Source: Octopus sinensis (lineage: Eukaryota). From it: 64,000 nucleotides of DNA. The notes below the pieces were generated by a model. It worked only from the letters and a program-made list of their open reading frames with translations. It made no database searches and had not been told where the DNA came from. This document shows positions 34,911 through 46,486 of this stretch, piece by piece (within the stretch, counting starts at the first letter, position 1; every line of letters begins with the position of its first letter). The position numbers and the translations under genes were made by a program. The stretch covers positions 4,464,001 through 4,528,000 of the forward strand of contig NC_043004.1 of NCBI RefSeq assembly GCF_006345805.1, given 5' to 3'.

Positions 34911-36183
34911 ATATGAGAACCAGTGAGAGAGATTCTATTCAGTTGCTTGGCTTGTTAGAAATAGCAACTAAACCACCTTCAACTAACACACTCTCTCTCT
35001 TTAAAAACAAAAAGGATACATTCAATAATGTAGTGCCAGATATATTATGTTCACACACACACACACACACACACAATCAAAATCTATGGATGGAACATTT
35101 TTGATCAGAAGGGCATGGTTGATCTGGGACTAAATGACAATAACAATAGCCCTCACATGGAAAAAAAAACTGGGATGGATTCTTTAACTATTGATATATC
35201 TGTTCCCACTCATATAAATAAAATTTTGGTTGATATTTCAAATTCAAATAAAAACCCTTCAATACTAGTCAATTTGAGTAGATCACTAACACTGAAATAG
35301 GGACAGTATTGAGCAGGTTTAAGTATCAAAAGGGTTAAAGCAATTATTGAGGTCTAACTGACTCCTAGACATTGGTCTTTGTCTGTTAGAAGCAAGTAAA
35401 CATTCAATATACAGAAACAAGACAATATATAGGCACAGATAATATGCTAGAAACAATATTCTATTATATTATTGTAGATATCCTGATGTTAGCAGGATGA
35501 AACTTCAAAAACAATATGAGCAAATGAGGGAGCCTCTGTTCAGTCTGTTGATCTGCTAGAAATAGCAGCCAAATACCACTCAAAAAGTATCAGTAAAAAT
35601 ACCTTTTATTATAGGTCTGCTAGACGGGAATAGGCCTAGGGTGAAACAACAGTCCAAAGCATTAGGGGAAATGTCTAAATTTTTCAAATAAGTTACAACT
35701 GGTCAGAAAATATGGGGATAAGAATAGTTCAGCCTGCTACAAACAGAATGGGTATAACTGGATATTTTTGATGATAGGTCCACTGGATAAGAACTGATCT
35801 GGAGTTAAATAATAACAACAAGACTAATGTCATCAACCACTACAATCACAAAGCAATGAAAGTGACCTTTATGAGATCACTCGGCCTGATAAAAATAGCA
35901 GCTAAATACCTCGAAATCTTACTCTATCATCTTAAAAAATGGAAAAGAGACTTTGGATAATGACAACCACAGTTGGTGAGTCGGTCATCATAGGTCTGCT
36001 TGATAAGAGGTGACACCTGGTGCTAAAGAACCACAACAATAACACCATGAAGATAAAAGTAAATGTAAAATAGATCTAAAAAACACAATACATACAAATC
36101 AAAAATACAACTTTGAGATAAGAAAATTTGTTAAGAAAGTAACATAGAGGTATTAGTGGCTAATTAATATTTTGTAAAAGGCA

Positions 36184-36221
<38 letters not shown>

Positions 36222-36234
36222 TGATGATGATAAT

Positions 36235-36892
36235 GGTTTCAAATTTTGCTACAAGGGTAGCAATTTTAGGGGAGGGGATGAGTCTATCATATCAACCCCA
36301 GTGTTCAACTGGTACTTATTTTATCAATCCCTAAAGGACGAAAGGTAAAGTTGACCGTGGCAGAATTTGAACTCAGAAAGTAGCAATGGGCAAAATACTT
36401 CTAAGCATTTTGTCCAGCATGCTAACAATTCAGCCAGCTTAATAATAATAATAATCCTTTCTAATATAGGCACAAGGCCTTAAATTTTGGGAGGAGGGGT
36501 TAGTCGATTACATCAACCCCAGCACTCAACTGGTACTTGATCACAAAAAGATGAAAGGCAAAGTCATCCCAGACAGAATTTGAAACTAGAACGTAAAGAT
36601 GGACCAAATGCCACGAAGCATTTTACCTGATGTACTAACGATTCTGCCAGCTTGTTACCTTAATAAAAACAACAATAATAATAATGATGACAAAAAGGCC
36701 AGCAAATTTGGGGAGAAGAAAAACCCGATTACATCGACCCTAATGTTCAATTGGTACTTATTTTATTGACCCTGATAGGATGAAAGGCAAAGTCGGCCTC
36801 AGCAGAATTTGAACTCAGAATGTAAAGACAGATGATATGCTACTAAGCATCTTGTCTGGTGTGCTAATGATTCTGCCAGCTATGCTGCCTTA
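36235..36892 (-). mobile_element. Three tandem copies of an (ATT)n-tailed SINE family separated by (AAT)n; further copies at 37318-37530, 39030-39246, 12762-12947, 15413-15630(+), 60492-60708(+)
   Basis: Repeated unit ggcacaaggcc..aaattttgg...ggtactta...gaaaggcaaagtc...gcagaatttgaactcag...ctgccagct. Confidence 0.8.
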
Positions 36893-36918
36893 ATAATAAT
36901 AATAATAATAATAATAAT

Positions 36919-37255
36919 AGGAGGGACAAACAAGAGTGCCTAATAATCGATGTGGCAGTGGCAGGAGATCAACATATTATCATGAAAGAAGTAGAAAACA
37001 TTGATAAATATGGAATTTTATCAGTGAGAATTGAGATTGCTAAGATGTGGCAGCTTCGAGGGTCAAACATAAAGGCTGTCCCTATTGTCATTGGAGCATT
37101 TGGTTCAACACCACCCAACATGAGAAAATATCTTGAAAATTTAGAAATACCCTACAATATAAGTGTATTGCAAGAATCAGCATTACTTAGAACTGTACAC
37201 ACATTGCGTAAAGTACTGCCTGAGGTCCTTGTTATCTTCAATCAACAATCTCGCG
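36919..37255 (+). mobile_element. R4/Dong-clade non-LTR retrotransposon 3' fragment (restriction-like endonuclease) within (AAT)n
   Basis: CLIIDVAVAGD...KEVENIDKY..IEIAKMWQL...VPIVIGAFGSTP...LQESALLRTVHTLRKVL; flanked by AAT repeats on both sides. Confidence 0.8.
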
Positions 37256-37287
37256 ATATAATAATATCAATAACAATAATAATAATG

Positions 37288-37319
<32 letters not shown>

Positions 37320-40300
37320 CCTTTCTACTAAAGGCACAAGGCCTGAAATTTTGAGGGAGGGGACCAGTCGATTACATCGACCGCAGTGTTTCACTGGTAC
37401 TTAATTTAACGACCCTGAAAGGATGAAAGGCAAAGCAACCCTCAGCGATATTTGAACTCAGAATGTAAGGACAGATGAAATGCCACAAAGAATTTCGCTT
37501 GGCTAATGATTCTACCAGCTTGCCGCCTTAGTAGTAGTAATAATAATAATAATAATAACAACAACATAAAAGTATTTAGTCTAATTAAGCAATAATTCTT
37601 TTAGAGATTCTCAAGATGCTGAAACCAAAGAATTTAAAGAAAGAATAACAGAAAATTACCTTGATAAACAACAACCAATGTTTGATAAAAATTAGATTTT
37701 AAATTGGAACCATATGAAAACCTTAAAATTGAGAGTACTGAATTTCACATATAGCAATCTGGTTGGGAGCCACATGAAGCGGGCGAACAGTGGACCCATC
37801 TGCAATTTTGTGTTGATTTCGCTCGTTTGTAAGTTAAGAACCATATGTCAGGTAATTCTATAGAACTCATCTGCTGAGCTTCCTTTAGTTAGTTGCAAAG
37901 ATAGAATGGTGCCAAAGAAGATACAGCTGCCAATATTTACAGATTATTTATGGAGCAAGAGAAGGCGGGGTAAAACCTAAATAGACACACACACACACAC
38001 ACACATAGAAACACACATGTATGTGTGTGTGTGTGTTTGAGAGTGTATGCGTGTGTTCACTCTTGAAGTGAAATATTTAAAATAGATTTGTAAAAAGAAA
38101 GAGGAAAAGAAAAAGGTATAAAAAGAGATAGGAAAATGAGAAAAACAAAGAAAATGAGAGAAAGGGAAAGAGAGGGGAAAACAGAGAGAGAGAGAGGAAA
38201 CAAAAGATAGATAGTGGTGGGGGTAGGGAAAGAAAGAGAAAGAAGACGAAATGTGAGGAAAACATGAAAAAATAAAGCAAAGAAAAAAATGGAAGGAGAT
38301 AGAAAGAGCGACCAACCAACAAACCAGCCAACCAAATGTGAGAGAAACCGAAAAAGAAAGAGAACCAAGTTGTTACAAGTTCTTGAAATAAGATGCAGGG
38401 AAGATTGATGATGTTGAATCTGTTAAACATACAAGAGTTAAGTCAATCAACCATTGAAATAATAATTGTCCCAGCTGATCGTACATTTGCCTGATCAGGG
38501 CTAAAAAACAACAATTGTTCAAGCCAAACAATAAAAACTATACACACAAATAAGAGAGCCTCTATGCAGTTGTTTGAACTGCTAGAAACAGCAGCCAAAT
38601 CTCCCTCAAGTTATACCCTATCACAATAACAACAAACAACTGCACTTCTCATTAAATAAGTAGAGGGGAGGACAGGATGAAGAGAGTACAATGATGTTCC
38701 TTTATGTGTTCTGGGTTAGCTTTGCCTTTCATCCTTATGGTGTCAATTAACATAAATATCAGACAAGTCCCGAAAAGGATTTAACCAACTATATATCCTC
38801 CTCTCTCACAAAATGTGACATTCTGCTTGTGGTAGAAATCATCCCTTTTCATTCTGAATTCAAATCTTGCTAGGGTCCAGTTTTGCCCTTCATCATCTGG
38901 AACCTATAAAATACAGAATTTACCCATGTATCTGTTGCACTCCTAATTTAATGTTAAATCTTGGTACCAAAGTTTTAGATTTGCCCCTTGTATAAGTCAC
39001 ACCCCAGTTTGTTCAGTTAAAATCAATTATTGCTTTCAAATTTTGGCACAAGGCCAGCAGATTCTGGGGAGTGGGCAAGTCACTTACATCAACCACAGTA
39101 CTTAAGTGGTACTTATTTTATTGACTCCGAAAATATGAAAGGCAAAGTCGACCTTAGCAGAATTTGAACTCCGAACATATAGACGGATGAAATGCTGCTA
39201 AGCATTTTGCCCGGTGCAGTAACAATTCTACCAGCTCACCACTTTAGTAAATAGTGCAACTTATACATGAGGAAATATGTCAAGTACTAGTCAAGTACTG
39301 AGAACTAATCTAACCAACTATACTCCAGTTACAAAAATGTGTAACTTTGTATCTATGCTTGAAAGTAAACCTTTCATTGACAGTGACAAACCTACATCAA
39401 TCATAAGCAACCCTAGAAACAAAAGGTGAAGCTGTTAATTTTCAGGTTTTTTCATTATTTACACTCTTGTTTTTTTTCTACTAAGGTTGTTATTTACCCT
39501 AACTCAGCACCGATAGTGTAAACATATAAGATGAAAGATGTCTAAATACTACTTTATCTTATATGACCTTCCCTTTTTTTTTTTTCAAGGTTTGGCTGCT
39601 ATTCTAGTCAGTTTCAATCATTACCTAGAGGCTCCCTCGGCTTGTTTCATTACTGTTGATGGTGATGATGTTATTTTGTTTATAGTCAAACTTTAAAACT
39701 AAAAACTGTTAGTTATAAATAACAGGCAACAAAACGCGATGTGGGAAGAAAAATACAAAAATATCAGAGGAACTCACCAATGGTTCTTTTAGTCTTCCCC
39801 AGCATGTTGACTGCTGAAAAATGTCCAACAAGGTTTAGCAACTCTCTTGTTAAACAGGGCAGAGTAAGAGACGAGAGCAATTTCAATACAAGAAACACCC
39901 AATCCATATAGAATGACTAATAGCAGTCAACAGGGAGAAAGAAATCATTTCAGTGGAATTCAATCAAGAACAGAAGAAAATTACCATTTTAACAGTTAAA
40001 TACCAAATGAACATACCAATCTTGGTTTGTTCCAAATACAAACACACCAAGATTGATGTAGCAGAGTTGTGTGTACATGTGAACATGTGTTTTGTTGACG
40101 CCCAGGATTAAGGGGGGAAAAAAAAAAAACCTGGGCCCAGGTTAGACTGACCTTGTACAACATGGTTGACTGATCAATATCAGAAAAGGACTATCTCACT
40201 GTTAAAATGATGACATTACTTCTGGTAACAAATCGTGAAAATATCCAAAATTGCAAATGCTATCCAACCCACGCTAGCATAAAAAAAAATCAACAACACA

Positions 40301-40814
40301 GAAACAAACAGACCAAATATGAAAACATTAAACAATGATAACCCAAAGCAACAGCAACAAAAACAAATACATATCTTGGGCAACATTGATTTCTGTACAT
40401 GAAATAGAAACAATAAATGCAAGAATTAAAATGGAATTGTTAAGTGCACTTCAAGAATAAAAATTCAATGAAACCTACCACTCCAAGTTCTTTACTGAAA
40501 GTAGTCATCAAGCAATCTCCTTCAAGACTGCAGCAGACAAGAAACTCATAACAGTAAGTTACACTGAATATCTCAGTTCTCTCTTTCTCTCTCTCTAAAA
40601 CTCACATACAATAATCATGGTTTAACATCCGCTTTTCCATGCATGCATGGGTCAAAAGGAATTTGTTGAGACATACATTCTATGGCTGGATGCTCTTCTG
40701 CTTACCAACCCTCACTTCTTTCCAAACCATGTATTATTTCTCCATTGCCAGACATGTTTTTTTTTTTTATGGAAGAATGGAAATGAACAATATCGTTTGT
40801 ATGACAGTGATTAC

Positions 40815-40916
40815 CACCTGCTTTTATAGCAAGTTGATGCAAGTAGTTCATCCCGTCCCCCCTCCAACTTCTAGTTCATGCAATTGAAAAAAACCCACAT
40901 TATTTATGGGATGACC

Positions 40917-40922
<6 letters not shown>
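40815..40922 (-). mobile_element. Solo end of the mariner family at 7856-9137
   Basis: Aligns by eye with 9036-9139, including the TIR. Confidence 0.75.
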
Positions 40923-40984
<62 letters not shown>

Positions 40985-41023
40985 TCATCATTTAACGTCC
41001 GCTTTCCATGCTAGCATGGATTA

Positions 41024-41265
41024 TATATGTAAGGATGAGCAAATTAGACAGATCATTATATAAAGTATATTAAATACATGAAATACAAAAAATGTATATA
41101 TGTATATGTATAAAAAGGTCCAACTTACACAGAGTACAATATATATCATTTGTACCTGTGTAAGTTAGACTTTTTTATACGTGTAGATATATACAATTTT
41201 TTGTATTTCATGTATTTAATATATTTTATATATTGATCTGTCTAATTCGCTTATCCTTACATATA
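41024..41265. repeat. Long palindrome (~115-bp arms, ~10-nt spacer)
   Basis: tatatgtaaggatgagcaaattagacagatc... / ...gatctgtctaattcgcttatccttacatata. Confidence 0.85.
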
Positions 41266-42059
41266 CTTCTATACCTGGTCAAGTCTAAATCTCTTGAGCA
41301 CTACTAAGTGTATTCTATATGGAGAATATCTGAATCTCATCTATGAACCGTGTGTGTATATTCATCAATATCATCATTTAGCATCATGCCCACATGCTAA
41401 CATGGGTCAGACGGAATTTGCTGAGGCAGATTTTCTATGGTGAGATGCCCTACCTGTCACTGTGCAGCACCTTGGGTAAGTGACTTCTATGATAGCTTTG
41501 GGACAACCAAAACCATGTGAGTGGATTTGCTAGATGGAAACTGAAAAAAGCTCTTCGTATGTGTGTGTGTGTCTTTGTGATTGGGTTGGTTCCCAGCACT
41601 GCTTGACAACCAGTATTGGTTTGGACAACAAAAAGACCCAAAAAGCAAGTACCAGGTTTAAAAAGAAAATAAATACTAGGATCAATTAGTTTGACCAAAC
41701 ACTTCCAGGTGCTTCCCCAGCATAGCTGCAGTCAAATGACTGTAACAAGAACCAAGTAAGAAGATTAAAAAAAAAAAAGGTACAAAGGGCTTTCACACAG
41801 TTCCCAGCTACCAAATTCACTCACAGAGGCATTAAACCCAAAACCATGTAGCAGAAAAGCAAGCTTCTTAACCTTGCAGCCATGCTTGTCCCTATATATT
41901 TTTATTTAAGACATAGTACTACAATGTAAGGTATTATTAAGTGCACTTTATAAAATCTTGTGTCAAATCCTGTGTGCACATACACAGGCACTTGTGTGTG
42001 TATGTGTACTGAGTAACAACATCCTTTGCTAAATATGTCAATTAGGTAACAGAATCAAT

Positions 42060-42830
42060 TGATTACTTCAAGTGAGCCAACCAACAATTTAAGTGAGTCT
42101 CATTTCCAGAATGCTCAAAGTGCATATTGCTCCACTGCGTCAACCACATACAAAGCTTCCACTATATCTCTTGTGTAACGTTAACTTACATTGGGTACAG
42201 CATATGGAGTTTATACCTACTTCTTTTCTGCATACGGAGCAAAGCCATTTCTTTTATGATACATTGGTCTTATCTTCTTTCCTATTTCTTAATGTATTAC
42301 TCTTTGCTAAGTTTACTTTCAGGTCTTTTGATTCTAAGTTTTGCTTCCATGCTCAGAATTTCTTCTCTAATTCCAATATAGATTCAGCTATAAGAACTAG
42401 GTCATCACCATTTGTGATGATCTACAGGGCTATGATGAATACAAGAGGGCTGAGAACTGAACCTTGATGGACCCCGTGCTTTCAAGCTAAATTCATCACT
42501 GAAATCATGACCTTCACTTTACTTGTTACACTTTTGTACAAAATTGGTACAATCTTCAGACGCCAATCCTCTATGCCCAGCTTCTTTAGTGACCGCCCAG
42601 ACAAAGGCCATCCTAAACTCTCCAAATGCCAGATATGGTTTCACCTAGAGTACTTCTTATGAGTATGAAGCCAAACTACATTCATTTAAGCTGACTCAGT
42701 TCCTGATAAATTCTGTTATGCCTCTCTGTGACTTTCATGGTTACAGAGACAATATGATACCTCTATACTTAACCCACACTAAAGCATCTTCATACCTTTA
42801 TAGCAGTTTGCAATGATACTATTTTGCCAA
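42060..42830 (-). mobile_element. Degenerate RTE LINE reverse-transcriptase fragment
   Basis: Minus strand HQGSVLSPLVFIIAL and DDLVLIAESILELEKKF-like RT motifs. Confidence 0.65.
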
Positions 42831-44132
42831 AATGCAGCAGTCTTTTGCACAGTTTCCTTCTATCAATTTCACTTACAAGGCATCAATCAACCTGAGGCTA
42901 TAGTAGAAGACACTTGACCAAGATATCACACAATGAGGCTGTACCTGGAACTATGAGACTATTAAGCAAACTCCCGAGCCACACAGCTATGCCTGAACCT
43001 ATTCACTCAACTAATTTAGTAATGAGTTCTGTCTTCTTTGTTCATATCAAGCTTGCCGGTGCTGGTGCCACATAAAAAGTGCAGTCCACTCCGTATAGTG
43101 GTTAGCATTAGAAAGGACAGTCAGCTGTAAAAACAGTGCCAGACAGACAGTGAAGCCGGATGCAGTCTTCTGCCTAGTCAGCTCCTGTCAAACCATCTAA
43201 CTCATGCCAGCATGGAAAGCGGACGTTAAATGACGATGATATATACATATATACATCAAAAGGCCCTTCTGAGTTATAAGTTCATACGACTGGTTTTCCA
43301 GATTCAGAGAAAAGTATGTCCAACCATCACTGGATAGAATGCCAATCCATCATGGGATTACTCATTTTTACCGTCTGTATGGATTGGAGCAATGTGAAAT
43401 GAAGTGTCTTAAGAACATAATGATCTAAAGCATCACCCAGTCCAGGAAATGAAACCACAATCTTATGACCATGAGTGCAACATCATAACCATTATACTAC
43501 ATTCATATACATATATCTCATCATCAAGATGAACGTTAGACGATGATATTATATATATATATATATATATGTCATTGTGACTCTATGGCACGAAGCAAAG
43601 CAAGCTTTGACTTCAACTCAAGAAAACACATGGTAAATGATTCCCTTTGCCGAAAGGTTTGCAAAGCACCACCAGGCCCCAAGAAAACATTCAGGAAAGA
43701 CTTCTACCACCACCATTTATATTTCCAATTTTTTTACTTTTCTTTTTTTTTTTTTGCTAAAAACCCACATTCGTGTCCATAGAACAAAATTACCGCTTTA
43801 TTTTACTGAACCTTTTTTTGTCGTTCACAACGAGAGAATCCATCATATGTGTGTGTAAATATGCACACACACACACACACACGTGTGTGTGTATATATAA
43901 ATACACGTGTGTGCATGATGAATATAATTTTTATTCCAGATGGTTGGCAGTATCTATGCTGGGACAGAAAGAAAAGTTGTCTTTCTTTTCCAATATCAAT
44001 TTCCTGTTAAAATTATATCCTCGTGTTTTCTTACATTGTTTGTAACAAAGCGTTCACTCAAATGATATCATAACGAAGTATTTCTGTACACAACGGCACC
44101 CTCTCACCTACCCCACAACAACTACTATTTTT

Positions 44133-44205
44133 ACAATTTTGTTTTCACAAGTAACGAATGGCATGTACTTGTACATGCCATTCGTTACTGTGAAAACAAA
44201 ATTGT
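44133..44205. repeat. Near-perfect 73-nt hairpin
   Basis: acaattttgttttcacaagtaacgaatggcatgtac-tt-gtacatgccattcgttactgtgaaaacaaaattgt; one bulged A. Confidence 0.92.
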
Positions 44206-44931
44206 CATGTTACCACTACTAATAGACTTCATACATGCCGTAATGTACTGGAACTACTACACAGCAGTTCAAAACTGTTCGCAGACGAACCAACGAAAGA
44301 GACTCTACGCCGTCGCTCAACCCGCTAGAAATAGCAGCCAGATAATCTCCCTCAACTTTCAACCTTTCGTTTTAAAAAGGGACAGATACATTGGATAATG
44401 TTATCTTGGGTGTAATGTATGAGAGCAAAACAAAACAAAGAATACTGACAGCTAAAATGGTCTGAATCCAGTGTAAAACAATAACAACACTCATTGCCTT
44501 TAGATTTAACAGGATCCTAGTAAAATAGTAACGTTTTAATTTCTGCTGATAAAATTTCCTTCAACGCATTCTTTAAGAGACATGGTGTTCCAGTTCTCAC
44601 AAAATTTCTTTTTGTTACAATTAATTGACACTGCTGAAACTTTCACTTTTTACACAATCAAACTTAACGTATTCACATATACGTGTAGGCATGGCCGTTG
44701 TAGTCAAGAAGCTCACTTTGTAAATATGTGGTTTCGGGTTCAGTCTCACTGCGCAGCACCTTGGACAAATTCCGTTTACTATAACCCTGGGCGAACCAAT
44801 GCCTTGAGAATGAATTTGGTAGATGAAAATCGTGTGGAAGCTTGTCATGTATATATATATATATAAATTAGAAAAAAAAACCCACCTTTTATATATTCAA
44901 AATGAAAAATTAAATTACACCATCTAGAAAC

Positions 44932-44990
<59 letters not shown>

Positions 44991-44993
<3 letters not shown>

Positions 44994-46046
44994 TAACAAG
45001 GATGTCATGGTATTAGTGTATTACGGCCGTTTCAGGCGACTCCATTTAATCGATGAATGCAAGCATTAAATCAATTTGAAATACACTGCCTTCCTCGGTG
45101 CATAAGACCATATAGGTTTTCAAAATACAAGATACTCCTCTTTTACTCGTTTCAGTCATTTGACTGCGGCCATGCTGGAACACCGCCTTTAGTCGAGCAA
45201 ATCGACCCCGGGATTTATTCTTTGTAAGCCCAGTACTTATTCTATAGGTCTCTTTTGCCGAACCGCTAAGTGACGGGGACGTAAACACACCAGCATCGGT
45301 TGTCAAGCAATGCTAGAGGGACAAACACAGACACACAAACATATACACACACACTTATATCTATATACATATATACGACAGGCTTCTTTCAGTTTCTGTC
45401 TACCAAATCCACTCACAAGGCATTGGTCGGCCCGGGGCTATAGCAGAAGACACTTGCTCAAGATGCCACGCAGTGGGACTGAACCCGGAAACATGTGGTT
45501 GGTTAGCAAGCTACTTACCACACAGCCACTCCTGCGCCTATAACTCCGTTATAATTTTTTAACAAATTTTTCATCAGAACTAGAGACTAAAAGAATTACA
45601 TGCTTATTGCTATTATTGTAGTAGAACAAACTTAAGGAGAAAATACCTAAAGCCTACTATAATTTGTAGTAGCAGAAGAGATTGACAAAGTGGAGGGTCA
45701 TGAGATGATAATATAGCTACATTTATCTATCTCGTTATCACCATCGAAAGATCTAAAGCAGCTACTATTCTATGTCCACTAAGAATTAAAAACCACTGGG
45801 AATCTACAGTTAGGTTCTAGCTGCTGATGATAAATTGATTAATGTCAGATACACTTCCCTACCCCTAATTTATTTGCTGAAATATTATGATGATGTATCC
45901 TGTATGTTGAAAACTTTTATGGTCTTATGCTTCCGAGGAAGGGGAAGGCGGTGTATTTCAAACTGATGTAATGCTTCCATTCATCAATTAAACGGAGCCG
46001 CCTGAAACAGCCGTAAGGCACTTGCACCTTGACATCCTTGTTACTT
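44991..46046. mobile_element. Inverted-repeat element (arms 44991-45129 / 45901-46046) with hammerhead-like motifs (family D); SINE family 1 inserted at 45133-45540
   Basis: Arms are reverse-complementary; each contains CCGAGGA..AGGC..GCCT GAAAC [G/A]GCC GTA. Confidence 0.65.
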
Positions 46047-46211
46047 ATTTGCTCCTTATTCACCTTTTTGAGTGGTGTGGATAATACTGGACTGACTTGG
46101 TGCTTCAACCTAAGTACCTAATATATATATATATATATATATATAAAACTTTTTTTGTAATGAAATAAAAAACCAAGGCTGTGTAGATTTTAGAACATTT
46201 ATAAATAGAAG

Positions 46212-46259
46212 GTCTTACAGCTGTTTCCAGGATATTTATTATATCCCTTCATCGGAGAC
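46212..46259 (-). ncRNA. Minimal hammerhead-like motif (family E, C at core position 4)
   Basis: GUCU CCGAUGA A GGGAUAU(AAUAA)AUAUCCU G GAAAC AGCU GUA AGAC; stem I GUCU/AGAC, palindromic ACAGCUGU. Confidence 0.65.
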
Positions 46260-46397
46260 GGTGTGAGAAGATGGTTCAGTAATAGTTAATTTAGATAAGA
46301 TACGAAATAGAGAGTGAGGTGGACGAATGAAAATATATGTAAGATATGCAGGGATATTGTATTTGTAGATCCATTATTTAGTCAGAAATGCCACAAT

Positions 46398-46486
<89 letters not shown>

